NCBI RefSeq assembly: GCF_006345805.1
Contig: NC_043000.1
Coordinates: 125,054,001 to 125,118,000 of the forward strand
Source of the DNA: Octopus sinensis
Lineage: Eukaryota
Length of the DNA stretch: 64,000 nt
Direction: 5' to 3'
In this document: piece after piece, positions 36,901 through 49,923 of the stretch
How the letters are laid out: every line of letters starts with the position of its first letter
Position numbering within the stretch: position 1 is the first letter of the stretch
Translations under genes and position numbers: made by a program
The notes under the pieces: model-generated
Databases searched by the model: none
The model's input: the letters and a program-made list of their open reading frames with translations, nothing else
Told to the model about the DNA's origin: nothing

Positions 36901-37314
36901 TGGTCCAGATTAAATCTTAAGACTGACCTTCTTCCTTATTCCCACTCTCAACTTTCCTTTGCACTTACATCAAATCCATTCCACCTGCACCCAGCCACAA
37001 CCCTGTTCTACAGGCATTTGTCCTTTATACAGTGAAGGTATTATCTGATCCTCATCCAAGAGGTATAATTCTCGAAGAAATTTTCTTCTGAACTTCTGCC
37101 AGTTGTTTTTTTTTTTGTTTTTTTTTGCTCTGAGTTTTCTCAACACCCAAAATTCAGGGGTGACACTCCCTGACCTCTTCTGGAAAAGGGCTGTCACTAC
37201 ACTCTTCCTACCATCCCTTCTGATGAGTGTTGAGAATGAGTATTTCCCAAACTCTCATGTACAAAACTGATTGATAAAGTTGGCTCAAAAGGATTTATAA
37301 TACTGCATTGTAAG

Positions 37315-37520
37315 GCACTGACTGAAACGTTAGCATGCCGGCCAAAATTCTTAGCAGTATTTCGTCTGTCTTTATACACTGAGTTCAAATTCCACCAAGG
37401 TCGCATTTGCCTTTCATCATTTCGGGATCGATAAATTAAGTACTAGCTGCGTACTGGTGTCGATCTAATCGACTGGTCTCCTTCCCAAAATTTTGGGCCT
37501 TGTGCCTAGAGTATAAAAGA
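37315..37520 (+). mobile_element. SINE family M
   Basis: gagttcaaattccaccaaggtcg..tttgcctttcatc..gataaattaagtac core. Confidence 0.75.
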
Positions 37521-37967
37521 ATACTGCATTGCATAAATATTAACAATTATATACCTTGTTGTGTGATTACAAAATTTATTTTCCAAACACATGGTTCCAG
37601 GTTCTATTTGATTGCATAGCACCTTCCACTATAGCCCCCAATGCCCAAAATTTTATGTCTGCTAAATATTGAATATTCACATTATAACAATTAATAAATA
37701 ATTTGAATGTATAATTTCAGATTTCAATAAATTTTAATGATTATAAGGGTACCTATTTACTTCTTTCATGAATGTGTACATATATGTGTGTGTGTGTGTG
37801 TGTGTCATTATTCAGTTTATTTCAAGATTTCTTGCCAATAGAGAAAGAACTAGTTTCTAACCTAGATCCAAGGTTCCAACGAGGCAGGAGTTGCCTGTGT
37901 CTCCTCTTGGCATTGTATGATAGTTGTGAATGATTGTCACTGCCATAGAAGCATGGGAAAATGAACA

Positions 37968-38194
37968 TCAGCCCATTAGCATTCAGACCACTCTGTCAAA
38001 TGAGATGCTGATTCAGTCATATTGTTTTGAATCACTCATGTATTATTTTGTAGCTTTGAGATTTCAATGATGTTACAGTATGTTTTTAGGATGCCAATGT
38101 AGGGTGGGTGTGAGAGGCCGGATCTAATTGGTTTGAACATAAAACAGGTAAAATACTTAGGCTGGCCATGGCCGATTTAAATGCTAAAGGGTTA
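37968..38194 (+). mobile_element. TTAA-type MITE, family B
   Basis: ccc.ttagcattcaga...aatgctaaaggg-ttaa. Confidence 0.7.
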
Positions 38195-38274
38195 AATGCT
38201 GCTGTTGCACATGATGATGATGATGATGATTATGATGATATATATATATATATATATATTTATTCATATATATA

Positions 38275-38309
<35 letters not shown>

Positions 38310-38339
38310 ATATGTGTGTCTTATGCTTATATATATGTA

Positions 38340-38848
38340 AAGACCTGTTGAGGCAAGTGAAATCGAAATCAAAATCAAATTCGATGACTGGCATCTGTGC
38401 TAGTGGAGTGCTAAGAGCACCATCTGAGCATGATCGTTGCCAGAGAAGCAAACTGGCTTCTGTGCTGGAGGCATGTAAAAAGCACCATTCGAGTGTGATT
38501 GTTACCAGCATCGCCTTACTGGCACATGTGCTGGTGGCATGTGAAAAAACCATTCGAGCGAGGTCATTGCCAGTGCTGCTGGACTGGTTCCTGTGCAGGT
38601 GGCACCTAAAAAACACCATTTGAGTGTGACCGTTGCCAGTACCGCCTGACTGACCTTCGTGCCAGTGGCACATAAAAGCACCCACTACACTCTCGGAGTG
38701 GTTGGCATTAGGAAGGGCATCCAGCTGTAGAAATTCTGCCAGATCAGATTGGAGCCTGGTGCAGCCATCTGGTTCGCCAGTCCTCAGTCAAATCGTCCAA
38801 CCCATGCTAGCATGGAAAGCGAACGTTAAATGATGATGATGATGATGA
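38340..38848 (+). mobile_element. RTE 3' UTR/tail fragment
   Basis: UTR units, conserved tail and (GAT)n. Confidence 0.85.
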
Positions 38849-39326
38849 TATACACATATATATACACACATACACACACACATGGAGATGTTTACTGGGA
38901 TGTAGTGGGTGTGAATAGCTTGTGTATAATAAATTGCATATTGTTCCTATACAAATGTACACATGTGTGTATTAGTGTGTGTATAATACAGTTTACGTGC
39001 AAATAATATATAGACATAAACACACAGGTACAAATGCCATTCTTTGAAATGAAGATATGCAGACAAAGCACTTTTCGAAGACATTTGAATTGAATCAGAT
39101 AATCAACAAATCATAGAATAATATTGAGAACACCAATTTTTACCATTATTGTGGCACAATAGTTGTCATTCTTATTGCCAATATCATCATTACCATCATC
39201 ATCATCCACTGCAACAACAACCACCAACACCAACTTATCACCCCCATCATCATTGGTGTTATCATTATCATCATCTTTTTAACATCATTCTAATCATTGT
39301 CTTCATTGTTGCGTTTATCATCATCA

Positions 39327-42300
39327 AGTGACAGAATACTTAAGATTAGAATAGTGCTTCATAATAGATTAGCAACCATTATATCGGCCTATGCCCCTCA
39401 GCCAGGGCTACCCGATGGACAGAAAGACAGTTTCTATGACACCCTACTGCAGACCACCTCATCGACGAACGACAGGGACCTTCTCTTTGTGGCTGGTGAT
39501 TTCAATGGGCATGTTGGACGACATGCTGGGGGCTTCCATGGCGTACATGGAGGCTACGGTTATGGTTCCCGCAACGAGGAGGGAACCAGGCTGCTGGAGT
39601 TCTGCGATGCAAATAGTCTTATGGTCTGCAACACTAACTTCAGGAAACCAACAAGCCACCTGGTCACCTACCGATCGGGCCGGCATACTAGCCAAATCGA
39701 CTACATCCTTGCCAGAAAAAGGGAAAGATGGCTGCTTATAAATGCCAAAACCTTCCCAGGCGAAGAATGCACCCCACAACATAGACTGGTAGTTAGTGAC
39801 TTTAGGATCAGGACTAAGAGGGCGACTAGAAGACGACCAACATGGAGAAGAAGGGTCTGGAAGCTTAAAGCCCCTGCGAATAGACAGAGATTTAGAGATA
39901 TGTTACTTGAAGCCTTTGACGAAGTGGAAGGGGGTATAGCTACACATGGGGTAGAAGACAACTGGACGTTTCTGAGGGACAACCTGCTGAAAGCCGCTGA
40001 CCAGATCTGTGGCTGGTGCAAAGTCCCCTTAAGACCCAAAATAACGTGGTGGTGGAACAATATTGTTGACAGGGCTATTAGACAAAGAAACAGGCTTGGA
40101 AGGCCTGGAAGAATGGTGGTAGCAGGGAAGGGTATCAGACTGCCAGAAGGGAAGCTAGGAGACAGGTCTATCTAGCCAGAGGGGAAGCAGATAAGAGAAA
40201 ATTTGCCAATGTCCTGCGCCGTGAGGATGAAAGACTTGAGGTATTTCGTGTTGCAAGACAGTGTGTGAGAGAGAATCGTGATGTGGTAGGAGAGAAATGT
40301 GTTCGCATGGAGGATGGTTCACTTGCGCTAAATGAGGATGCAAAGAGAGAAGCTGGAGACGCCACTATGAAAGGTTACTGAATGAGGAAAATGAATGGGA
40401 TAAAGAGAGTCTGCCGAATGTTGACCCTACAGAGGGACCAGCTATCCGAGTTGATAGTTCCGTGGTAGCTAAGGCAATTAGAAGCATGAAGACAGGGAAA
40501 GCCCCAGGCCCATCAGGAATTACTGCAGAGATGCTCAAAATATCTGGCAGTGTCGGCTATAACCTAGTCACCCGTATAGTCAACCAGGTGATACACGAAG
40601 GAGTCATACCCAATGACTGGTGCAGCAGCATACTAGTCAACTGCTACAAAGGTAAAGGTGATGCCCTAGATACAAATAATTACAGAGGTATCAAGCTGTT
40701 GGATCAAGTAATGAAGGTTACGGAGAGGGTCATAGCCCAACTAATTAGAGAGAGAGTTAGTTTAGATGAGATGCAGTTTGGGTTCGTGCCAGGGAAAAGT
40801 ACCACTGATGCTATATTCCTGGTAAGGCAGCTGCAGGAGAAATACCTAGCCAAAGATAAGCCCCTGTACCTGGCTTTCGTTGACATGGAGAAAGCTTTTG
40901 ATAGGGTCCCCCGATCCCTTATCTGGTGGTCAATGAGGAAACTAGGGATAGATGAATGGCTGGTGAGGACTGTGCAAGCCATGTACAGAGATGCCGTAAG
41001 TAAGGTTAGGGTTGGCAACATGTACACAGAAGAATTCAAAGTAGAGGTTGGGGTCCACCAGGGTTCAGTACTCAGCCCCCTCCTATTTATCATAGTACTC
41101 CAGGCAATTACGGAGGAATTCAAGACAGGCTGTCCCTGGGAGCTCCTCTACGCTGACGACCTTGCTCTTATTGCTGAGTCACTATCAGAACTGGAGGAGA
41201 AGTTCCAGGTGTGGAAGGAGGGTTTAGAATCAAGGGGCCTTAGAGTCAACCTAGCTAAAACCAAAGTACTAATAAGTAGAAAGGTAGACAATCCACAAAT
41301 ATCTTCAGGAAGATGGCCCTGCTCGATCTGTAGAAAAGGTGTAGGTAGAAACTCTATAAGATGTACCCAGTGTAAGCTATGGACACATAAGAGGTGCAGC
41401 AATGTCAAAGGAAGGCTAACTGGGAAGATAGTTTTTGTATGTGGCAGATGATCGGGAGCATTAACCTCCGAAAATCTGCAGAAAACAACTTCCGTCACTT
41501 TCCAGGGGGAAAAACTAGAAGTAGTTGATAGCTTCCGTTATCTAGGTGACCAAGTCAGTAGTGGGGGTGGTGCGCTGAAAGTGTAACTGCTAGAATAAGA
41601 ATAGCCTGGGCAAAGTTTAGGGAGCTCTTACCTCTGCTGGTGACTAAAGGCCTCTCGCTCAGAGTAAAAGGCAGACTGTATGATGCGTGTGTACGAACAG
41701 CCATGCTACATGGCAGCGAAACATGGGCCGTGACTGCTGAGGACATGCGTAAGCTCGTGAGGAATGAAGCCAGTATGCTCCGATGGATGTGTAATGTCAG
41801 TGTACATACTCGACAGAGCGTTAGCACCTTGAGAGAAATGTTGTACCTAAGAAGCATCAGTTGTGGTGTGCAAGAGAGACGATTGCGCTGGTATGGTCAT
41901 GTGGCGAGAATGGATGAAGATAGGTGTGTGAGAAAGTGCCAATCCCTAGCAGTTGAGGGAACCCGTGGAAGAGGTAGACCCAGGAAAACCTGGGACGAGG
42001 TGGTGAAGCACGACCTTCGAACTTTAGGCCTCACTGAGGAAATGACCAGAGACCGAGACCTTTGGAAATATTCTGTACGTGAGAAGACCAGGCAGGACAA
42101 GTGAGCCCAGCCCACTTATGAATGCCTTTCCTCCCTTGGACACAAAGACCGGTTGAGGCAAGCGAAGTCGATATAGAACCTCATCCGACGACAGACACCC
42201 ATGCCAACCCCCCATGCTTGCGAAGACATGTTGGGGCAAGCGAAATCGAAATCGAAACCGAATTGAACCAGCCAGGATCCCTGGCCTGGTGGTACGTAAA

Positions 42301-42922
42301 AAGCACTATCCGACTCGTGGCCGTGGCACGTAAAATACTCCAATGCGACCGTACGACAGGCACCCATGCCAACCCCCTTTGCTTGTGAAGACATGTTGGG
42401 GCAAGCGAAATCGAAATCGAATTGAACCAGCCAGGATCCCTGGTCTGGTGGTACGTAAAAAGCACTATCCGACTCGCGGCCGTGGCACGTAAAATACTCC
42501 AATGCGACCGTACGACAGGCACCCATGCCAACCCCCTTTGCTTGTGAAGACATGTTGGGGCAAGCGAAATCGAAATCGAATTGAACCAGCCAGGATCCCT
42601 GGTCTGGTGGTACGTAAAAAGCACTATCCGACTCGTGGCCGATGCCAGCACCGCCTCGACTGGCTTCCGTGCCGGTGGCACATAAAATACACCAATCTGA
42701 CCGTGGCCGTTGCCAGCCCCGCCTGGCACCTGTGCAGGTGGCACGTAAAAAGCACCCACTACACTCACGGAGTGGTTGGCGTTAGGAAGGGCATCCAGCT
42801 GTAGAAACATTGCCAGATTAGACTGGAGCCTGGTGCAGCCTTCTGGCTTCCCAGAACCCCGGTCGAACCGTCCAACCCATGCTAGCATGGAGAACGGACG
42901 TTAAACGACGATGATGATGATG
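39327..42922 (+). mobile_element. 5'-truncated RTE-clade LINE (partial APE, RT with PHD insert), few lesions
   Basis: ORFs 39297-40175, 40462-41451 (YADD at 41149-41160) and 41640-42104; ~160-bp higher-order UTR repeat x3; (GAT)n tail; TSD-like atcatcatca on both sides. Confidence 0.95.
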
Positions 42923-43066
42923 ATCATCATCAGTATTGTCATCATTGTCATAATAGATATCAATCAGATTTGATATTTTCGTAAACAATCATTATTGTCG
43001 TCATTTCTTTTTATGGTTATTGTTGTGGTTGCAATTATATTATTATTATTATTATTATTATTATTA

Positions 43067-43121
<55 letters not shown>

Positions 43122-43122
<1 letters not shown>

Positions 43123-43680
43123 GAGCGAGTGAGAGAGCAGTGCATGCCATCAAAGTGACACTGGTGTAAAATATACAAATATACCCATCATGACCACCCG
43201 TCTGATAGGGGTACATCAGGTACATGCATCACAATCATATGTGGGTTACATGGAAATCTCATAACAAGATAAACAGTGCATGACTTTGCAGATGGGGCCC
43301 AGTTAGAATTTTCTTCAGGTTGAGTAGCCCATCCCGCTCAAAAGGTCCCTGAATAAGGGTTGTTTAAGGATGTTGAATGAAACACTCATGTTTCCAAAGG
43401 TGAATTATCCAAACCCCAAAGAATTCCTCTCAACACATGTCTATGACGCTTCCCCACTACTTCTGCTTGTGATCAGAAATGCACATATCGTCAACCATTA
43501 AGGGACATGATCAACTGGTTAAGATCAAGCAACTGACAAGCAAATCTGTAGTATTGAGCAGAATATTTGCTGTAGCCCATCCAAGACAAAACAACACCAA
43601 GACAAAACAACACCAAGACAAAACAATGTAGATGATAACACTTCCAATCAGTTAAGATCAGAAGCCATGAGAACCATAAC
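43122..43680 (-). mobile_element. ~550-bp non-coding element associated with (TAA)n, copy 1
   Basis: Homologous to 46001-46554; abuts (TTA)n at 43017-43121. Confidence 0.75.
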
Positions 43681-43689
43681 CTGACTATA

Positions 43690-45600
43690 TGAAAAGCATG
43701 ATGTGATTGCAATAGATGTTTTATTGGTTGAATGATATTTCGGCAGCTAGTATGTCTTTTTCAAGTTCAAAAGGAAAAGTGATAAAAATTCAAAATTATA
43801 GAAATTCAAAATCAAAGCATAAACAAGAACCAGTGTCCCCATGTTGATGGAATGACGTCATCAGTCTTCAGATTTCAAGTTTACAACTAGCAAAAAGAAA
43901 AAAAAACAAAAATTCTTACATGGTCATGAACCAATACTCTGGTTACGGTTCATTGATGACATCTTCTTTGTGTGGGAAGGATCACAGGATAGTTTAATTG
44001 ACTTCTTGCATTTCTGTGACTGTTATGCTAAAAACTATAGCTTTAAGGCCAACATAAAATTTATGTCTAGTTTTTCAAAAACTAGTGTTGAATTTTTGGA
44101 CACAAAAGTTAAGTTTAATAGTAACAGAAAAGGCGGTGAGCTGGCAGAAACATTAGCATGCCGGGTGAAATGCTTAGCGGTATTTCATCTGTTGCTGCAT
44201 TCTGAGTTCAAATTGCACTGAGGTCGACTTTGCCTTTCATCCTTTCAGGGTCGATTAAATAAGTACCAGTTATGCATTGGAGTCGATATAATTGACTTAA
44301 TCCGTTTATCTGTCCTTGTTTATCCCCTCTGTGTGTAGCCCCTTGTGGGCAGTAAAGAAATAAGAATAGTGAGAGAGTTATTTTGCAAGCCCATATCATC
44401 CCACATTTACCTCCACCATCACTCTATTTTATATAATTCAGTCAAATCTGAAATCCCAATTTTTGAGGATAAAATGGATTTGTACTGACATAGGGGATTA
44501 CTGGAAACATGCAAATGCTTTTGTACACTATTATGTCAAATGTGGTTACAGTGAATCACAATTAAAGGAAATAGCAAATGGCATAGCAAAGAAAGTCAAA
44601 CTTTCACACATAATTTTAGCAAAGTACAATATCTGACAGAATTCCATTAGTGATTAACTGGCACTGATATTTCACTGGCATTTCAAAAGTGCTACATGAA
44701 AGTTACCAACATCTTTCAGAAAAATATCCTCGTTTCAAACAAATATTTCCTCAGCTGCCTATTTCAGCCTTTAGATAGAATAAAAATATAAGAGAACTAT
44801 TAACCTCTACTTCTGACTCCAAGAAAACTAACATTGGAATTTCTGCACACTGTACTTTGAAAAACAGCTGCAAGAGAGGTAAGCCCTGTTTATTGTGCAA
44901 CAACATGAGTCAAGTCAATTCCATCAGGAATCATAACAGGAATGTTATGATTTACATGGAAGTTGGGACGTGTAGAGATTCCCATTTGGTGTATGCAGTA
45001 GAATGCATGAAACACAATTTGATTTATGTTGGTTGTACAACAGAACAATTAAAGAAAAGATTCAGTGAACACAGATATGATGTCAGGCACAATAACGGTA
45101 GTTTGACAGAACTCACCAAACATTTTACATCAAACGGCTGCAATTTTGGAAAAGACTTGAAAATGCATATTCTCAGAAAATATTCTTAATCTGCTACACT
45201 TTCAGTCCTCAAAATGCATGAGGAGAAATATGTTTGTGAGTTATTAACATCATGTCCTGGAAGGATGAATAAAATGACAGGAGAATTTCATTATATTTAC
45301 ACAAAAAAGTTTGATTAAATATTCTTCTTTTTCCATTTCTTTTTTTCTTTCCTTTACTTTTTTCTCTTTCTTTTTCTTTTTGCCAGTTGTCAACTTGAAA
45401 ATTGAAGACTGATGATGTCATTCCATCAACATGGGGATGTTGTATGCTCTCATTCATATTTTGGATATGAATTTCCATAATTTTGAATGTTTATCCCTTT
45501 TCATTTTGAACTCAACAAAGACACACTAGCTGTCAAAATACCATTCTACCAATAAAATATCTATTGAAATTGCATCACACACTTCGTATTGTCTACTTAC
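43690..45600 (+). mobile_element. Degenerate Penelope-like element (RT + GIY-YIG) with inverted pLTRs
   Basis: WLRFIDDIFFVW..VEFLD (RT); C..CLLC..LVYAVEC..IYVGCT..LKKRFSEHR (GIY-YIG); 43690-43910 is an inverted copy of ~45340-45590; a SINE M is inserted at 44131-44365. Confidence 0.85.
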
Positions 45601-46000
45601 ATTTGTGAAGAGTTATATCAATCCTTTTAAAATATTGTTATTATTATTATTATTGTATTTAGGAATGATCATTTTGCAAGTTTAGCCAATAAAAACACAC
45701 GCACTATATATTTGGTGTTACTTTGCTTCAGTGTTATTTATCTTTTACAGTAATCTTAATCTTATTTCGGCCAGAGTTCTTTCGTCACACTTCTGTGAAA
45801 CCATCAGTGGTTCTTTGCTTTCTTCTTTCTTATTTGTGTGTCTCTCCTTACTAACGGTCAGCCAAGATTTATCATTCAGTGCAACCATGAGATTGAGAAT
45901 AGGAAGCCAGACATAGTCTTAATTGATACTAATATTATATTATTATTATTAATAATAATAATATTAATATTGATATTATTATTATTATTATTACTATTAT

Positions 46001-46553
46001 TGAGTGAGAGAACAGTGCATGCCATCAAAGTGACACTGGGGTAAAATATACGAAGCCCAGTATACCCATCATGACGGCCCATCTGATAAGGGTGCACCAG
46101 GCACATGTATCACAGCCATATGTGCATGACATGGTGATCTCATATCAAGATAAACAGTGCATAACCTTGCAGGTGGGGCCCTATTAGAATTTTCTTCAGG
46201 TTGAGTAGCCCATCCTGCTCAAAGGGTCCCTGAATAAGGGTTATTTAAAGATGTTGATTGAAACACTCATGTTTCCAAAGGTGAATGATCCAAACCTCAA
46301 GGTATTCCTCTTAACGCATGGCTACGATGTTCCCTTACTACTTCTGCTTGTAATCATATATGCACATATCATCAGCCACTAAGGGAGATGCTCAACTGGT
46401 TAAGATCAAACAACTGGCAAGCAAATCTGTGGTATTGAGCAGAATATTTGCTGTAGCCCATCTTTTATACCAAGAAAAACGATGTAGATGATAACACTTC
46501 CAATCAGTTAAAATGAGAAGCCATAAAAGCCACAGCCTGGTACTGCATCAGGG

Positions 46554-46554
<1 letters not shown>
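46001..46554 (-). mobile_element. ~550-bp non-coding element flanked on both sides by (TAA)n, copy 2
   Basis: Minus strand starts GCCCTGATGCAGTACCAGG and ends CTCTCACTC(AAT)n. Confidence 0.8.
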
Positions 46555-46619
<65 letters not shown>

Positions 46620-46651
46620 CATAATTATTATTATTCTAATTATTATTATTA

Positions 46652-46695
<44 letters not shown>

Positions 46696-46704
46696 TATTA
46701 TTAC

Positions 46705-46998
46705 CATTGCCTTTTCACAGCTTCTAACGCTGGGGATGTACTACAGTGCCAGCTGTTCACTACCAGTGAACCTAGGTAACACTTATTTTTCGAGCACCTA
46801 CCAGAGTATTCGGGCAGTTCCAAGCAGTGCTGTTTTCTGCAAATGCTCCACCCTTATTGCAGCCCCTATTTGTTCCACATACTTCTCAAGATTTTTGCTC
46901 ACTGTTCCCAGGACTCTGACAATCATTGGTACTACTGCTACCTTTTTCATCGACCACAACTGCTTAACTTCCCAAGCTAACCTGTCATATCTCTCGAC
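46705..46998 (-). mobile_element. R4/Dong-like 3' end with (TAA)n tail
   Basis: ERYDRLAWEVKQLW..VVPMIVRVLG..LQKTALLGTARIL; an upstream piece (IENRKPDIVLID) lies inverted at ~45860-45928. Confidence 0.8.
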
Positions 46999-47562
46999 TT
47001 GATTTTTGTTGTTGTCACCTAAAGCATGCAGAACCCATGCTCCGTACTTCTGAACCTTTCCCATCAAGTGAAGATGCTTCTCTATAGCAATGTGGGAGCA
47101 TTCCATTTTCTCTGACAGTTCTCTTGTCGTTTGATGAGAATTATCATGCAAAAGTTGTTTAATTGCTCATCATCAAACTCAACAGGACGGCCAGAACAAG
47201 GTGCATCTTTGAGGTCAAAATTTCCATTTTTGAACTTGGCATACCAAGCACGAGCAGTTCTTTCAGCTATGGCACCCTCTCCATACACAGCACAAATGTC
47301 GCAAGCAGCTTTTGTGGCCTTAGAACCTTGATTAAAAGCAAAAAGAAGGAGGTGTCAAAAATGTTCGTTTTTCTTAACTTGACATTCCATTTTAATGATC
47401 TGAAAATAAAGAAAAATTAACTAAAATTAACTAGAAAAAAAAATAGATATCAAAATGATTCAAAAATAGAATTCTCAAAAAAAAAAATAGATTCCAAAAT
47501 TTAAAAACGTAATAAATTCCAAAATTTATTAAAAAAGCAGGAACTTAGTTGCCAACCCACTA
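46999..47562 (-). mobile_element. Mariner transposon 5' part (TIR and N-terminal HTH transposase relic)
   Basis: gggttggcaactaagt terminus; ICAVYGEGAI..WYAKFKNGNFDLKDAPCSGRP..TTRELSEKM..GAWVLHAL (WVPHEL motif); frameshift and stop. Confidence 0.88.
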
Positions 47563-48235
47563 ATAACAGCACTTTCAGAACTTCCTCTTCTGCTAATTAG
47601 GTCACCCATGTAACAGAAGCTATTTGCTACCTCTAGGGATCCTCCAAAGTATTTGAGAAAGTCCATTTCCCATGCATTCTTAGCCCCTTGCAGACAGGAA
47701 GCAGTACTGACCACATGAAAACACTGTGTGTGAGCAGTGTGATATCTTGCTCTGTGTGTCACCATGTTTTCAAATATACCACACTGAGAAGACTGTAAAT
47801 ACACTGCAAAATTCCTTGTATGAAAAATTATGTAGTTACTGATTGGCCTAATACTGGTACACAGCACAGACTGTCTGTACAAAGTCCATCTGCAAAGGGT
47901 GCCATTCAAGAATTTGGACCTGGAGATCTCCATTTCCAGCGACTTCGAGCGCCACCTCCCAGTGGTGTCAGGCATCAATGAAGAGCCCTCGACTACAACA
48001 AGACGACCAAAGTTTTTTTTTTTTCCAAGGTCTGGGATCTCCCGCCCCTAAGCCCTAGACCATCACCTAATCACCCTTACCCATCTTGTTGCTTAACAAC
48101 AACAACAACAATCTGCAAAGGGTTAATTTTTATTGCTTCTGAGCATCTACCACACACAAAGTCTGTTTTCTGTTAACCTGCCTGTGGTGATAACACTGCA
48201 CTCCTTGTGTGTCCATTAGCTTGCATTAGACTCTT
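47563..48235 (-). mobile_element. Old degenerate RTE RT/PHD fragment hosting later insertions
   Basis: Minus-strand WTHKECS, FVCGRCS and SLEVANSFCYMGDLIS remnants. Confidence 0.55.
47901..48110 (+). mobile_element. Unclassified ~200-bp retroposon, copy 2
   Basis: Perfect 13-bp TSD atctgcaaagggt (47888-47900 / 48111-48123) and (AAC)n tail. Confidence 0.88.
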
Positions 48236-48598
48236 GTGTGTCCATTGTTGGCTTATGAATGTGGCTAGCAAAACAGAGACAAGTGTGTACAGCACAGGTG
48301 TCCATGATTGTATTTATTTAAACTGGATATTAATTACTAGAAAAAAACTCAAATAGCATTTAACAGCATTCCTATTAAAATTTAGAAGTTCATGTTTATG
48401 GGAAGTGACTTTTGTTTTAAATATTTCAATTTTAACTGTTAGTTCCAATATTTTTTTGAAGAATCAATGATGGAGCCTCTATGTCGGTAGTTTGATGTGC
48501 TAAAAATTGTGGTTAAGTTCCGTTTAAATCACTCTGCCAGCTTAAATAATGTATGCATGCATGTATGTATACACACACACACACACACACATGCATAC

Positions 48599-48647
<49 letters not shown>

Positions 48648-49094
48648 ATATAAAAAGTGAAATGAAAAATGCTTCAAATAATGCAGAGATGAAAGATGAA
48701 AAATCTTTATACATTTCAAGTGCGAAAGCCCATCTTCAGAGGGATACTGTCAAAGAAATGTGTATCTACATTATGCACTTGCCATTATGCACCCTGAAAT
48801 TATGCACCTGCCATTATGTACCTGCCATTATGCACCTGAAATATATAAAGGTTTTTCTGCTTTCGTATCTGTAATATTAGTTCCCCTCATTTCCCTTTTC
48901 ATATATTATTCTATTTCTGTACAACCAATGCCTCAAGAGAACTATAACACTCTTCATATGTATGTATGCATGTCATTGTTCAGTTTTATTCCAAGATTTC
49001 TTGCCAATAGAGAAAGAACCGGTTTCTAACCTAGATCCAAGTTTCCTTCATTGGATTTTCAACATCAACAACAGGGCATTTTTGTTTGTATATA

Positions 49095-49690
49095 TCATCA
49101 TCATCGTTTAACGTCTGCTTTCCATGCTAGCATGGGTTGGACGATTTTGACTGAGGGCTGGTGAACCAGATGGCTGCACCAGGCTCCAATCTTGATCTGG
49201 CAGAGTTTCTACAGCTGGATGCCCTTCCTAACGCCAACCACTCTGAGAGTGTAGTGTGTGCTTTTTACATGCCACTGGCTCGGGGGCCAGTCAGGAGGTA
49301 CTGGCAATGACCTCGCTCGAAGCTTTTTACATGTGCCACTGGCACAGGTGCCAGTGAAGCAACGTTGGTAACGATCACGCTTGAATGGTGCCCTTTTACG
49401 TGCCACAGGTACGGAAGCCAGTTGGCTGCTCTGGCAATGATCACACTGGGATGGTGCTCTTGGCACCCTACTAGCACATGCACAAGTGCCAGTAAGGCGA
49501 CGCTGGTAACGATTATACTCGAATAGTGCCCTTTTTATGTGCCACTGGCACGGAAGCCGGTTAGCTGCTCTGTCAGCGATCACACTTGTATGGTGCTCTT
49601 TGCACCCATCTAGCACGGATGGCAGTCATCGAATTGATTTTGGTTTTGATTTCACTTGCCTCAACAGGTCTTCGCAAGCAGAGTTTAGTG
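49095..49690 (-). mobile_element. RTE 3' UTR/tail fragment
   Basis: Reverse-complement tail and several UTR units. Confidence 0.85.
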
Positions 49691-49864
49691 ACCAACAGCC
49701 TGCTCGTGTATATATATATATATACCGGAGTAAACACATAAATGTGAAACAAGGTGGAAAAAAGAGTACTCAAATACCAGTGGTAGAGTAATATGCTTTA
49801 TTATTATTAAACGCAGAGTAACAGGTTTTGTTGAATTTTCTGCTGCTTTAAATAATATATATAT

Positions 49865-49923
<59 letters not shown>

